Source of the DNA: Octopus sinensis
Taxonomy: Eukaryota
Assembly: GCF_006345805.1 (NCBI RefSeq)
Contig: NC_042997.1
Location: 121,086,001 to 121,150,000, forward strand
Direction of reading: 5' to 3'
DNA length: 64,000 bases
Shown: one piece after another, positions 13,326-25,566 of the stretch
Layout of the letters: the number at the start of each line of letters is the position of its first letter
Position numbering within the stretch: the stretch's first letter is position 1
Made by a program: the position numbers and the translations under genes
Notes under the pieces: generated by a model
The model's database searches: none
Told to the model about the DNA's origin: nothing
What the model saw: only the letters and a program-made list of their open reading frames with translations

Positions 13326-13920
13326 GATAGATATACACTTTCTACGGTCGGATGTTCGCGTTACAATTTCTTACTGCACAAATGTTCAAAATTTTATCTT
13401 CAAAAAATTGCCTATCAAGATGGACACGTGTATCACACGTCAGAGGTTAAAATGGTCGCAGATAAATGCGACATTAAAGGTGTTGCTTAAGAACACTGGT
13501 AGACGCCGCCTAATCTGGAAATCAAACACGTCTGTGTGTGTGTGTGTGTGTGGTGTGTGTGTATGTGTGGGTGGGTGTACTTCGTTTCTGGATTTGGTTT
13601 GTAACATTCTTTGTGTGAGTTCGCGTGTTGATGCATATTTTGTTGCGCTTGGGAAAGTTATTCTCTTTTTGTGCCTTATTATTTAACACACACACCAGTG
13701 CAGTTTCCAATTTTGTACTTATTTATTTCTTCTTGTCATTGCGTCCTACAACCTTTTCAATAATTCTTGACTCTCAACGGCTATTGACAATGTTGCGAGA
13801 CGCATCGAAACTTTTAGAAAAACTAATTAATAAGTAAATGAATGGAAACTGAACTGGTGAGTGTGTTAATAATGAGGCACATAAAGAGAATGACGCCTCC
13901 AGGATACAATTTATATATAT

Positions 13921-13994
<74 letters not shown>

Positions 13995-14102
13995 ATATAC
14001 ATATACATATATATGTATATATATATACATATATTATATGCATATATATACATATATAATATATATTATATACATAATATACATATATATATACATTTAT
14101 AT

Positions 14103-14159
<57 letters not shown>

Positions 14160-15773
14160 CATACATATATAAACACATAGACACATACATACATACATAC
14201 ATATTACCTTGTACGCGTTTGAGAGTGCATTCTTCTCTTTTTCTATCTCTAATACTCTACTTTACAATTCTTTTCAATGACTACACTATTAATGGCGAAA
14301 GATAATCACTGAACGGACTTAGTAAACCTGCCAGAAAAGATTACATTTGATCACGCACCACATCTGCTGCTGCTGGCCAATATTTCCTATTGTAATAAGA
14401 ATCCTCAAAATGCTTTTCCATTCAATAGTATGGAAATTAATAATCAGTCAAAGAATATTTCGATAAATCTCAAATATTTAAATCTTTTCTACTTGACAGA
14501 ATTCTTAAGCAAAGTTAGTTCCAGATTCTACAATATTGCACCATGTTCCACTGTACTTCATTTTACCAATCATATGTAGGTAGGTACGTTTTATATATTA
14601 GTTATTGCAACCTCCTCAAATTATATAATATTATTCTCTCTAGAAATTTCTAATGAATTCCTGCGAATTGTATCGAATCATTCGGAAAGTAAATATGTAC
14701 GATTCACTATATTAAGTATTCACTCAAAATCCATAAGTTCAGCATCAATAACTTAAGAAGCACTTGGCGAAGTATATATGGTTTCAATTGATAATGTAGT
14801 CTAATATATTTGAGTAAAGTTACTGCCACTTCATATATAGAAGCAAAATTATATTGATAACGGTATGTCAAGTTGCTCAGCTAATATGTTAATTTTCCGT
14901 TCGAGTAAAGCAGGTATATTATTATATTTGTACGCGGATGAACGAAATTAAAATTACATCTGTTAGACTTAAGCGCATCTCGCTTAATTTGATGCGAAAA
15001 CCAAATTTTGTAAATTGATGTTGCTTAGTACTAGCACTGTATCTGTGCGGAAGATTTTCACCAGGCAAGAGAGTGGAACTTCAAACGAGATACAGATACA
15101 TGTATGAAATATATATTTTATGTTGTTTTCTTAAAGAATGAAGCCGAAATTAAATTAATTAAAAATCGCAATCAATATCCAAATGTCACAAATACGTAAC
15201 AAAATGTACTTTCGCCGATGCTCTATCATTTATGATTTAAGATGACGCGGTATTTCAAACATTCATTTCATATTCTGATGTTCTTGAACCTTCCCAGGTA
15301 CAGTTGTCATTAATGAAAGAAAATCAAATTTTAATTTTAAACATTTTCTGTACTTAGAGATGAAACAAGTTTTTTAATAGTTTTTTAAAAAAATAAATAA
15401 TATACAAAATGTTACAATTCTGCTTACCGTTACACCCAGTAAATGAAGATATACAATCACAGCCACAAACATATATACATGCACACGCGTACATATAAAC
15501 ATATTCATATCTTAGTTTCTTCCAGCAGCAGTGACAGTGTCTCGAACGTGCTGTTGTGTGCAAGCGGCTCGTCTGTATTTGCTCTTGTGCAATACAGTCT
15601 AACCAACAGATGTGAGAGCTTCCAACTCGGGCTGTGCCACATCATATAAGCGTTGGTTTTCATACACACTTTCTTGTACTATTTTACAAAATAATATAAT
15701 CTCTTAACAAAACAATTAAGAAGATAGCGTATAATCCATGCATTTGTATTTTTGTCACCATATACATACATAT

Positions 15774-15937
15774 GCGCAGGAGTGGCTGTGTGGTAAGAAG
15801 CTTGCTTACCAACCACATCGTTCCGGGTTCAGTCCCACTGCGTGGCACCTTGGGCAAGTGTCTTCTACTATAGCCTCGGGCCGACCAAAGCCTTGTGAGT
15901 GGATTTGGTAGATGGAAACTGAAAGAAGCCCGTCGTA

Positions 15938-15992
<55 letters not shown>

Positions 15993-16197
15993 TTGTGTGT
16001 CTGTGTGTGTCCCCCTAGCATTGCTTGACAACTGACGCTGGTGTGTTTATGACCCCGTTACCTAGCGGTTCGGCAAAAGAGACCGATAGAATAAGTACTG
16101 GGCTTACAAAAGAATAAGTACCGGGGTCCAGTTGCTCGATTAAAGGCGGTGCTCCAGCATGGCCGCAGTCAAATGACTGAAACAAGTAAAAGAGTAA
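15774..16197 (+). mobile_element. SINE family A, full length (tRNA-like head, CORE-like segment, internal TA/TG microsatellite, LINE-derived tail)
   Basis: A box TGGCTGTGTGG, B box GGTTCAGTCCC, GGCACCTTGGGCAAGTG; more than 10 related copies in the window. Confidence 0.9.
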
Positions 16198-16351
16198 TGT
16201 ATCATGTGTGCGGGTGTGCGTGTGTGTGTGTGTAATCACTTACTTCATTTAGACTGCGGCCATCGTGTGGTAACACACGCGCACATTCACATACACACAT
16301 ATATATAGATAAATATAATAATGAAACTATTATCTCACATATATATATATA

Positions 16352-16750
16352 CTAGCAGTATCGCCCGGCGTTGCTCGGGTTGTAAGGGAAATAACTATAT
16401 AAGCATTTTTAGAGAGTTATAGCCAAAAAATAGCAAAAGAATGCATTAAAATTGAAATAAAAATAAGGTAAATTTTTTTTAAATCTTTGACAACATCGTA
16501 GATCTTTTTAGAGAGTTACTCCCTTATATAAAAGCGAAAAAAAAGCATTAAAATGGAAAAATATGATGGTAATTTTTTTTTAAATCGTAGACTCATCGTA
16601 GACGCACCGCTAATACCCAGAAGGGCTAGATATGAATCACGACTCTATAAGGTACCCCGCTTGGTTTTGGTTAAACTGCACCGCAAAAGTGGGGAGAAGT
16701 TAGGAATCTAAATCGTAGGAGACAGACACACAACTTCACTCTTATATAGA
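16352..16750 (-). mobile_element. Non-autonomous Helitron (~400 bp)
   Basis: On minus strand: A|TC 5' end, subterminal CCCGAGCAACGCCGGG hairpin, CTAG|T 3' end; sister copy at 31754-32150. Confidence 0.85.
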
Positions 16751-17130
16751 TGCTTTTTTTTTTTCAGTCATAGAGTTAGATTTATGAAGGTCTTCAGTAG
16801 AAAATCCTTCGAATTCTGACTCGCTGCTTGATATAATGAAATTCGTATCCATTTTTTGTCAGAATTACAAATTTTGAAAACACAATAGGAACAAATTTCG
16901 GAAAAAAAATCTCCAAATAAATTCATGGAATTAAAATTACACTTCGATTTTGTACAAACTGTAGTTGAAGTGTTTACGATGTATAATACGTGTTTCACGA
17001 ATGTACTAAAGAGATTTGCTCTGATATTCTCATTCCTCTATTTACATAATATTGAGGTCTCTTTCTTTCTTTTGTTATCTTACTGTATTTACCAATATAC
17101 TATATATATAAATATAAATATATATATATA

Positions 17131-17451
17131 GTTACAGAGATGTACTTGCATAGCAAGTGACTGATCTGAGATCGTGTGCTGGAACGAAAACAGTTGCAGC
17201 GTTGAAGGTGTTTATAAGCCATTTAAGAAACACACAAAAACCGTTAGATTCACTCAACATTTAAAATTTAATTTGTCAAAATATTTTCGTCGCTTTGAGA
17301 CCGCGACCTGTTAGCCGACATTTTTGTCAGTGAACAGGTCGCGGTCTCAAAGCGACGAAAATATTTTGGCAAATTAAATTTAAATGTTGAAGTGAATGTA
17401 ACGGTTTTTGTGTGTTTCTTAAATGGCTTACAAACACCTTCCACGCTGCAA
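17131..17451. mobile_element. (TA)n-flanked fold-back PLE-terminal-like element
   Basis: Inverted arms 17194-~17320 and ~17324-17451; hammerhead-like motif at 17323-17373. Confidence 0.7.
17323..17373 (+). ncRNA. Predicted minimal type I hammerhead ribozyme, G3:C8 core variant
   Basis: TTTGTCA/TGGCAAA stem I; GTGAACA core; GTCGC/GCGAC stem II; GAAA; palindromic AATATT stem III. Confidence 0.6.
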
Positions 17452-17468
17452 TATATATATACACACAT

Positions 17469-17505
<37 letters not shown>

Positions 17506-17544
17506 GTGTATATGTGTATGCATGTATGTGTGTGTGTGTGCGTG

Positions 17545-17758
17545 TCTGTGTTTGTGATTGTCCTCCACCACTGCTTGACAACGAATGTTGGTTTGTTTAC
17601 ATCCCTGCCACCTAGTGGTTTGACAAAGGAAACAGATAGAATAAGTACAATGCTTACAAAAATAAAACTGGAGTTGTTTCATTAAACTGCAATTCTTCAA
17701 GGCATTGCCCCAGCATGGCCACAGACCAATGGCTGGAAAAAGCAGAAGAATAAAAGAA
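17545..17758 (+). mobile_element. SINE family A 3' half
   Basis: GCTTGACAAC..GATAGAATAAGTAC..CCCAGCATGGCCACAG. Confidence 0.75.
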
Positions 17759-17826
17759 TACATTCTCTGCTTTGGTCTTATGTTCAAGGCATGAGAAAGC
17801 TTGAGTTTACATGAGAAGGCCTAACA

Positions 17827-17991
17827 GACCTGGTAGAAACAGCAGCCAAATCTCCCTCAAATCACACCTTACTGTCTTATGTATGTATATATATATGAGC
17901 CAATGAGGGGGACCTCTACATGGTAGCTAGACCTGGTAACATGGTAGAAATAGCAGCCAAATCTCCCTCAAATCACACCTTACTGTCTTAT
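17827..17991 (+). repeat. Local direct duplication of ~50 bp
   Basis: TGGTAGAAA(C/T)AGCAGCCAAATCTCCCTCAAATCACACCTTACTGTCTTAT at ~17831 and ~17942. Confidence 0.85.
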
Positions 17992-18554
17992 CTTTCTGCT
18001 ACTTGGATATAGGTCTTATATTCGTCGTAAAAAAACTTTCCTGTCACACACTCACGCACACGCTCACACACACACACACACACACGCACCCTCACACACA
18101 CACACACGCGCACACACACACACGCACACACACTCACACACACGCACGTTAGCTTACAATTTTATTTATATATTTGCGTGTTTCATGTGTAGAAGAGGAA
18201 GTGGAGGCAGAGTGAAAGAATCACTCACTACAGTAAGGGAATTACTTTCATTTTATTCGTTGCCCACTGTGTTGTGCGTTTGCGTGTGGTGTAAAACAGA
18301 CTAAGAAAAGCATTTGACACACCACACCAGAATGTGAGTTTTCTGTAAATTTTCCTTAATTGGAGTTTTAAATTTTAAAAACTGGACCTGGCATGACGCG
18401 ATGCATTGTACTCTTAAAAATGCTAGGTAAATTGTAATTGAAGAAATGCTACATTGTCGATTTGTATAACTCCCAAAGGGAGGCAGATAAAATCTGCCTT
18501 TTATAATAAGATATATATATATTATATATATATATATATAATATATATATAATA

Positions 18555-19435
18555 TATATATATAACTGGAATGCGTTTTTACCGCTTGGATCGCTTTCAA
18601 GGCCACTACATCCCGTCGGATTCATTCAAGAATTTACAGGGACATGTAAAATCAGGGGACGATGCCCTTGGGCTACCTTAGAAATCCCTATCTTAAAAGG
18701 TGTCGTTGCTAGGGCCAAAAACCCACTTTGACAAGTCCACTCCCGTTCTTTAACGTATCTGTCTTCCTCAACTCACTCTCGCTATTTCCTCTCTTCCCAG
18801 CACTTTTTCACTCTATTTCATACATTCCCATTACATTCACTTCCTCAAACGGCCTTCTTTTATATATCTGTCTGCATTCATAGAGAGAATTACCATCGCC
18901 ACCACCAACACACAATCATGACAACAAATATTATTAATCTCGCCATCGCACTCTATCGCGTTCTTTTATGTATCTGTCTGCATTCATAGAGAGACAAAAA
19001 CCCACTTTGACAAGTCCACTCTCGTTCTTTAATGTATCTGTCTGTATTCATAGAGAGAATTATCACCGCCACCACAACACACGAGCATGAGAACAAATAT
19101 TTTGAATGAGATATTTCTTGAGTTCATTTATATGTGTGTGTTTGTGTGTGTGTTCTATATATAAATATGTATATATAATGTATATATACAAAGTATATAT
19201 ATCTGTATTTAACTTTTTTATTAAACTTTTTAATACTTTTTCATAGTTATATATATTTTTAAACAAATTATAAATTTAATTTAATAATTTTTATTTTAAA
19301 TTTAAATAATTTAGATTCTTCAATTTTATATTTTATATATTTTCTATATTATATTTTTATTTTTATGTTTTTGTTTTTCGTTTTTCACTGTTTGATTTGC
19401 CTATTAGTGGTTTTATCTCTAATTTAATTTATACA
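18555..19435 (+). mobile_element. Composite interspersed repeat with Helitron-like 5' end; inverted paralogue at 31142-32996
   Basis: Both ends align to the 31-33 kb copy (AATGCGTTTTTACCGCTTGG.. and ..AGTGGTTTTATCTCTAATTTAATT); internal mosaic repeats at 18717-19075. Confidence 0.65.
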
Positions 19436-19532
19436 TATGTATATACATATAATTTGTATACATTTGTATATATAATGTGTGCACACACATACACACACTC
19501 TCATATATATATATAATGTGTGCATTATGTGG

Positions 19533-20018
19533 TCGGTCGGTTCAGCTGAAAATATGCACACCTATGTTAAAAATGGCGGTGGCCTCATGGAGCTGACCAT
19601 GGCAGCGATTATCCTTATACCTATAAGAATGCCATATTAATATGGCGATAACAATTAACTTCCAGTAAACGCTGCCATAATCTCTTTTATAGAGACTTAG
19701 TAATTTTAATATTTCTATTATTGAAAACAAGTGGATGTATTCCACTGAAACTAGGTAAATATAAGCCTTCGAACAGAGACGTCAGTGGCGACACCTGCGG
19801 GTCTGACTGCGCTACATTGACAAGGGGCAATACCCCGAAACGCGTCTGTAGCTGTCGGACTGGCAGTGTGAAGCGGCTGACCTCCCTTGTTCGAATGTTA
19901 TAATGGATACAGATCGTGTATCAATAGCTATGTTGATGGCGGTGGCGTCATGGAGCTGACCAAGGCAGCGATTATTCTTATATCTATAAGAATGCCATAT
20001 TAATATGGCGATAACAAT

Positions 20019-20023
<5 letters not shown>
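19533..20023 (+). mobile_element. Terminally redundant hammerhead-bearing unit (retrozyme-like, or partial-tandem PLE pLTR)
   Basis: 88-bp direct repeat at 19573-19660 and 19936-20023 (4 mismatches, period 363); hammerhead at 19811-19852; ends in (TA)n. Confidence 0.7.
19801..19860 (+). ncRNA. Predicted type I hammerhead ribozyme, U3:A8 core variant, GUC cleavage triplet
   Basis: GCTACA/TGTAGC stem I (extended by GTCTGAC/GTCGGAC); TTGACAA; GGGG-CAATA-CCCC; GAAA; palindromic ACGCGT; C17. Confidence 0.78.
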
Positions 20024-20077
<54 letters not shown>

Positions 20078-21756
20078 ACACACATACAAATCTATTCATG
20101 TAGGTGTAAGTGTAAGTCTCTCTTTATATATTTAGCAAGTTTACTCTAATTTTAATATTCGGTCTGTTTGGTGATTTCCGATCTAGATCTATCACGACTG
20201 AAGTACATTCGTGGAAATGGTTTTAAAAACATGTATTTACAAATGACATGCACACTGGAAATATATTTTCATCATGTTTTTTTTTAAATGATATAAATAT
20301 TTTTGAAACATTAGCATGTACAATTAAACTGGTATTCTCTCTTTTCCCGTCGTTACTTCACAGACATACACGTTCATGACGTATCTTTTACGCTATGCTC
20401 TGGCTTTTGTTGTGGAATAAAAGAAAATTGTGTAAATTTAATGCATTTGACATTCTACTATTTATGGATCAAATTAAACAACGTTTATTCAGAGCTTGAT
20501 ATATGTAAACGCTGGTAAATTTCTATAAAAAGATATATGTAAACGGTAGCCATTATTGGAGGATATTAAATGTCTCATACAATATAATATAAGTATTCTT
20601 CTTTTTATATCCTGTGACAGCATCTAAAGAAATGTCACGAGGAAGCATCATTAACAGGAAAGAGCACACAATGGACATGAGAAATGAATATGAAGGATAA
20701 AATAAGAAGAGAAATGAATCTGAAAAAATATCCATTCATTTATTTAATTGTTTGTTTGTTTACTTATGTGTTGCTTGTTCATAGATTAAAGCAGTAGGTG
20801 ACAGTTGAATATAATAGCTGATCTCATAGATAAAGTAACTTAAGTGACAGGAATATTGTTAAAGATTTTTTGTTTGTTTGGTAGTTATACAGTAACATTC
20901 GTATATATTTCGAACTTTTACATCAAGTATCACAAAGCCTTATGATATAGTTAAGCAACTGGTAATTAATTTCGTTGAGTAATATACTTAATACTTATTC
21001 TTATTTCTAGTCCAAGTTCAAATTGAAAGTAATGCGATTTAAATCTATTTTGTAAGTAAACCTCTATGCAGTTATTCTATAGACGGGATTATGGAAGACT
21101 CTTAATGAATGCTATTTCCGAACAGTTATTTTGCTGCTAATTAAAGTAAACTTCAACATAACAACTACAGCGTGCTGCCTAAAATTAGTTGTAATTATTA
21201 GATGCTAACGGTAATATTAATCATTTCTAATTTAGACATAATGCCACGAACTGTAACCGAATGATATGCGTCAATATCATCAAGCCAGTAAAAGGCTGGT
21301 AACATATTATTTCGACAGCAAATGGGTGGAAGGCAAAGGCAAACCAGAGTTCGGCAGGACTTCAGCTAAACATTTAAAGTACCGGAACAAATGGTGCATG
21401 ACTTTTTACCAACAATCTGTTGATTCTCCGATTCTATAAGATCGCCGGCCAACGTTTTCCTAATAATAATGTCTACTATAGGCGCAAGGCCTGGAATTTT
21501 GCGGGAGTAATCTAGGCGATAATGGACTTCAACGTTCAACCTACACAAGTCAATGGGCGAAAAACAAAATTGGAATGTTGAAATAAGTGTGTAAAAAGTA
21601 AGATATTAAGGATCAAATGGCTACGGGGGTCCAATAGACCAAACATAATAAAAGGAAATCAGCGGGGCCACTGTTCAAAAACTGTCCACAACCACTGGTT
21701 TAGATGCATCAGAATATGTTTAGGAAATCATATACCGTTTACTTTCATAATACTGT

Positions 21757-22040
21757 TTTACTCTTCTACTTTTTTCAGTCATTTGACACCGGCCATGCTG
21801 GAGCACCGTCTTTAGTCGAGCAAATCAACCCCAGGACTTATTATTCGTAAGCTTAGTACTTATTCTTTCGGTCTCTTTTGCCGAACCGTTAAGTTATGAG
21901 GACGTAAACACACCACCATCGGGGGGCAAACACAGACACACAAACACACACATATACATACCAAATCCACTCAAAAGGATGTGCTCGGCCCGAGGCTATA
22001 GTAGGAGACACTTGCGCAAGGTGCCACGCAATGGGACTGA
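21757..22040 (-). mobile_element. SINE family A copy with deletions
   Basis: GGCCATGCTGGAGCACCG..GAGGCTATAGTAGGAGACACTTG. Confidence 0.85.
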
Positions 22041-22041
22041 A

Positions 22042-22240
22042 AGGCGACGAACTGGCAGAATCATTAGCATACCAGACAAAATGTTAAGTGGCATGTCGTC
22101 CCTCAGTTCTTGAGTTCAAATTCCGCCAAGGTCGAGTTTGCCTTTCATCATTTCGTGCTCGATAAAATAAGAAACATTTGAGTACTGGGGTCACATAGCT
22201 CCTTCTTCGAAACTGCCGACCGTGTACGAAAACTAATATT
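22042..22240 (+). mobile_element. SINE family B copy (alternative tail), back-to-back with SINE A
   Basis: GGCGACGAACTGGCAGAATC..GAGTTCAAATTCCGCC..TTTGCCTTTCATC. Confidence 0.8.
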
Positions 22241-22457
22241 AATGTTGATATTAATCGTAAAATATTATAAATCTCTAATTACATTAAAAACTAGTTAGCA
22301 AATATATCAAAATTTTCCATTCCTACTTTTGGAAGAATTATTCTGTAAGTAAGGAGATTAAGGAACAGAAAGAAATGCAATAAACACATACGCACACAAA
22401 AAAAACACACACACAGAAACATGTATGCATACAATCATTCATAGATACATACATCTT

Positions 22458-22556
<99 letters not shown>

Positions 22557-22579
22557 GTTTTAATGTATGTATGAATGTA

Positions 22580-22631
<52 letters not shown>

Positions 22632-22851
22632 TGGAAAAAAGTCAAGGTAGAAAATGCTAAAATAATTTTATAAAAACATTTCGTTACCGGTTTCGGTCAT
22701 TGAGTCTTTTTCAATTGTAAGTTTGGAAAGCAATTAAATTTGGGAAAAATTAAAAGAAAAGTTTTTAACTTGTAGAGTATTCAAATATAAGTGGCATTTA
22801 CCTAGTTTCAGCCTGTTTTTTTTCTGTCTTCTTTACTCTTGCGTGTTCGAG

Positions 22852-22855
<4 letters not shown>
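22632..22855 (-). mobile_element. (TA)n-flanked PLE-terminal-like piece with a decayed hammerhead-like motif
   Basis: Minus strand TTGAAAAA..GACCGAAACCGGTA at ~22685-22714; stem II poorly paired. Confidence 0.45.
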
Positions 22856-22936
<81 letters not shown>

Positions 22937-23389
22937 ATATATATGCATACTTTCATAAATGCATACATACAATCATACATAACACTTCACTATCAATAAC
23001 TAATTAGGAAGAATCGAAAAATAGTTACAGCTATATCATTTTAAATTAATTGAAGCTTAATTAAGTCAAAGTTGATCGAACTGCAGACACATTTGTGAGA
23101 TGACAGTAAACTCTTTATATGTGAAATTAGTATAAAATTTTAACTGCTAGCCGTACTAAACTTTGATATGCCGCTATGTTTTCTGTAACTCATACGTAAC
23201 AGTTCTAAGAAATTATCATAGTCTTTCTCCATCATCATCAGCGCATACACATGCACACATATATACCAACGCGCGCTCACACTCATACATATAGATAGAT
23301 AGGTAAATATATATATATATATACATAAACATATACACACACTATCATACATGCACCCTCGTATATATATATATATATATATATAATCT

Positions 23390-23957
23390 TTCACTTGTTT
23401 CAGTTATAAGACAGCAGCCACGCTGGAGCATCACCTGCAATGTTTTAGGCGAACACTGGTAAATTTCTATACAAAAGATATATGTAAACTGCAGCCATTA
23501 TTAGAGGATATTAAATGTCACTACCCAATTGCTAAAAAGCATTCGTAAAGTAAAATCATGTACGAACACTGAATGGCGGTGCCCCAGCATGGCCACAGCT
23601 CGTGAGCTGAAATTAGATAAAATATAAAATATATAAAAAATATAAATATATACGTTGTTATATATATATATATTTTAGATCTTTTTGAAAAGCATGCTGC
23701 ATATTTTATGTGTCTAGGTCTGCCACGAAGTTACGAGAACATTCACAAACCAACGCCGGTCTTCTAGTGGTGGTGAACAAGCACAAGCACACACAGGCAT
23801 ATATGTATATGAGTACAACGGGCTTTCATTGTCCGCTTGCCATATCATTCACAGGTCTCCCTCTACATCAAAAATCCTTCGCACATGGTGCCATGCTGTG
23901 GGACTGGACCGAGAACCCTGTGATTGGGAGGAGAGCTTCTTGCCACACAGCCACGCC
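23390..23957 (-). mobile_element. Old SINE A copy interrupted by an insertion at ~23452-23675
   Basis: Tail at 23390-23450; body and head at 23680-23957 (..TTGCCACACAGCCACGCC). Confidence 0.7.
23525..23645 (+). mobile_element. Extremely 5'-truncated CR1-like LINE 3' end
   Basis: Aligns to reverse complement of 3310-3420 (CAATTGCTAAAAA..AAGTAAAATCATGTA..GGCGGTGC(C/T)CCAGCATGGCCACAGCTCGTGAGCTGAAA). Confidence 0.85.
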
Positions 23958-24219
23958 GGTGGACTTATAACAAGATTATATGTATATATGTTTGTATGTA
24001 TGTATGTAGATAGATGATGGATGAATGGATAGATAGATAGATATATACATATATAGATAGATAGATAAATAGATAGATGGATGGATGGATGGATAGATAG
24101 ATGATTTGTCAGGATACACATCTTGGGTGCTTGCATATATAAATCCATAGGTTAATGAAGTCTAGTGCAGTATTGGTGAGTTATTGAAACACCACACGAC
24201 ATTCAGAGACCCACATATG

Positions 24220-24375
24220 CATTTCGTCTATCCTTACGTTGTGATTTCAAATTCTGCCGGGGTTGAATGTGCCTTTTTTCTCATTCGGGGACAAAGAGAT
24301 AAATACCAGCAGAGCACTGAGGTGAAGTAATCGACTTAATCCCACCTACGAAGTTGTTAGCCTTAAATAAGAAAT
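24220..24375 (+). mobile_element. Degenerate SINE B
   Basis: TTTCAAATTCTGCCGGGGTTGA..GTAATCGACTTAATCC. Confidence 0.6.
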
Positions 24376-24599
24376 TTCATGTCCACATCGATCCCAGGGA
24401 TTATTATTTCTAAGTTGAGTACTTATTCTATCGGTCACTTTTTACGAACCGCAAAGTTACGGGGACGTAAACTCACCAATATCCGTTGTCAAGCGATGGT
24501 GGATGGAAGGACAAACACAGACACAAAGACTCGCACATAGCCATACATATATACCTACAAACACACAGACACACACACAGACACACACATTATATATAT

Positions 24600-24650
<51 letters not shown>

Positions 24651-24659
24651 CACACACAC

Positions 24660-25432
24660 ACATCACAACATGGTTTAATAAAAGGATATACATAGAAGCT
24701 ACCCAAAATGAAATGACACGAAGACTAGCCGCACACCAACACTCTTTCTGACATACAAATAAGATTAACTCGACTGGATTAAGTAAATACATTTGGGAAC
24801 CTGAAGATAAAGATACTAGATTCGCTTTAGGAAGGAAAATCCTCGACTCCGCAACTTCTTACAATGTAAAAAACAAGAAATGCCATATTTGCATTAATGA
24901 ACAATTTTTCCTACTAGCGGTACAACACCCATTACTTAACTTGAGGGAAGAGAGAAACTAGCCAGCCTGCACAAGGATAAATTTACCTTCGCTAAATATA
25001 AATAGCATTAGCGACTCTTACAACATACCCAAAAATAACATCCAGAGCGCTCCACCGCAGAAATAATAGTTCTCGATTTTGAATGAGGGCATATATAAAC
25101 TCCTAAATTTAGCAGGTTTAATATCATTACGATCATGGGTCCTTTATGGGTATTTCAATGGCAATATACCTATCCCTAAACCAACATATCCGAATTTAAA
25201 TCCCACCCCTCCCATAAAAATGAAATATATAATACATATATTTATTAAGCCATTTCTCGTTGATATAGACTGTTGATCCCCTTTGATAAAACCAGTTCCT
25301 TCAATCATAAACCTAATTTGTAATAGAGGGCATCAGTACATAATCCCCAATCATTAAACCCCTTATAGGAGCCCGTACACGCTATCTGAGCTAAGGCTGT
25401 ACTGGTAACTAATATTTTACTTAACTGAACCT
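24660..25432 (+). pseudogene. Penelope-like GIY-YIG endonuclease fragment plus 3' UTR
   Basis: Frame from 24680: KRIYIEATQNEMTRRLAAHQHSF*..STGLSKYIWE..KILD..CHICINEQ..LLNLREE. Confidence 0.8.
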
Positions 25433-25449
25433 TATATATATATATATAT

Positions 25450-25566
25450 TGTTGAAATTTACAGAAAAAAAACAAAAGACGAAGACATGTGTATAAACAA
25501 CACATAGGTGTATTAGTTTAACACTTGGGAAGGTAAGAAAGTCGTTTTACGTTTCGAGCCTATGCT
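25450..25566 (-). mobile_element. PLE-terminal-like piece of the family at 39146-39370 (3' half of hammerhead only)
   Basis: Minus strand GCATAGGCTCGAAACGTAAAA; shared AAGACGAAG..AAACAAC end. Confidence 0.6.
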
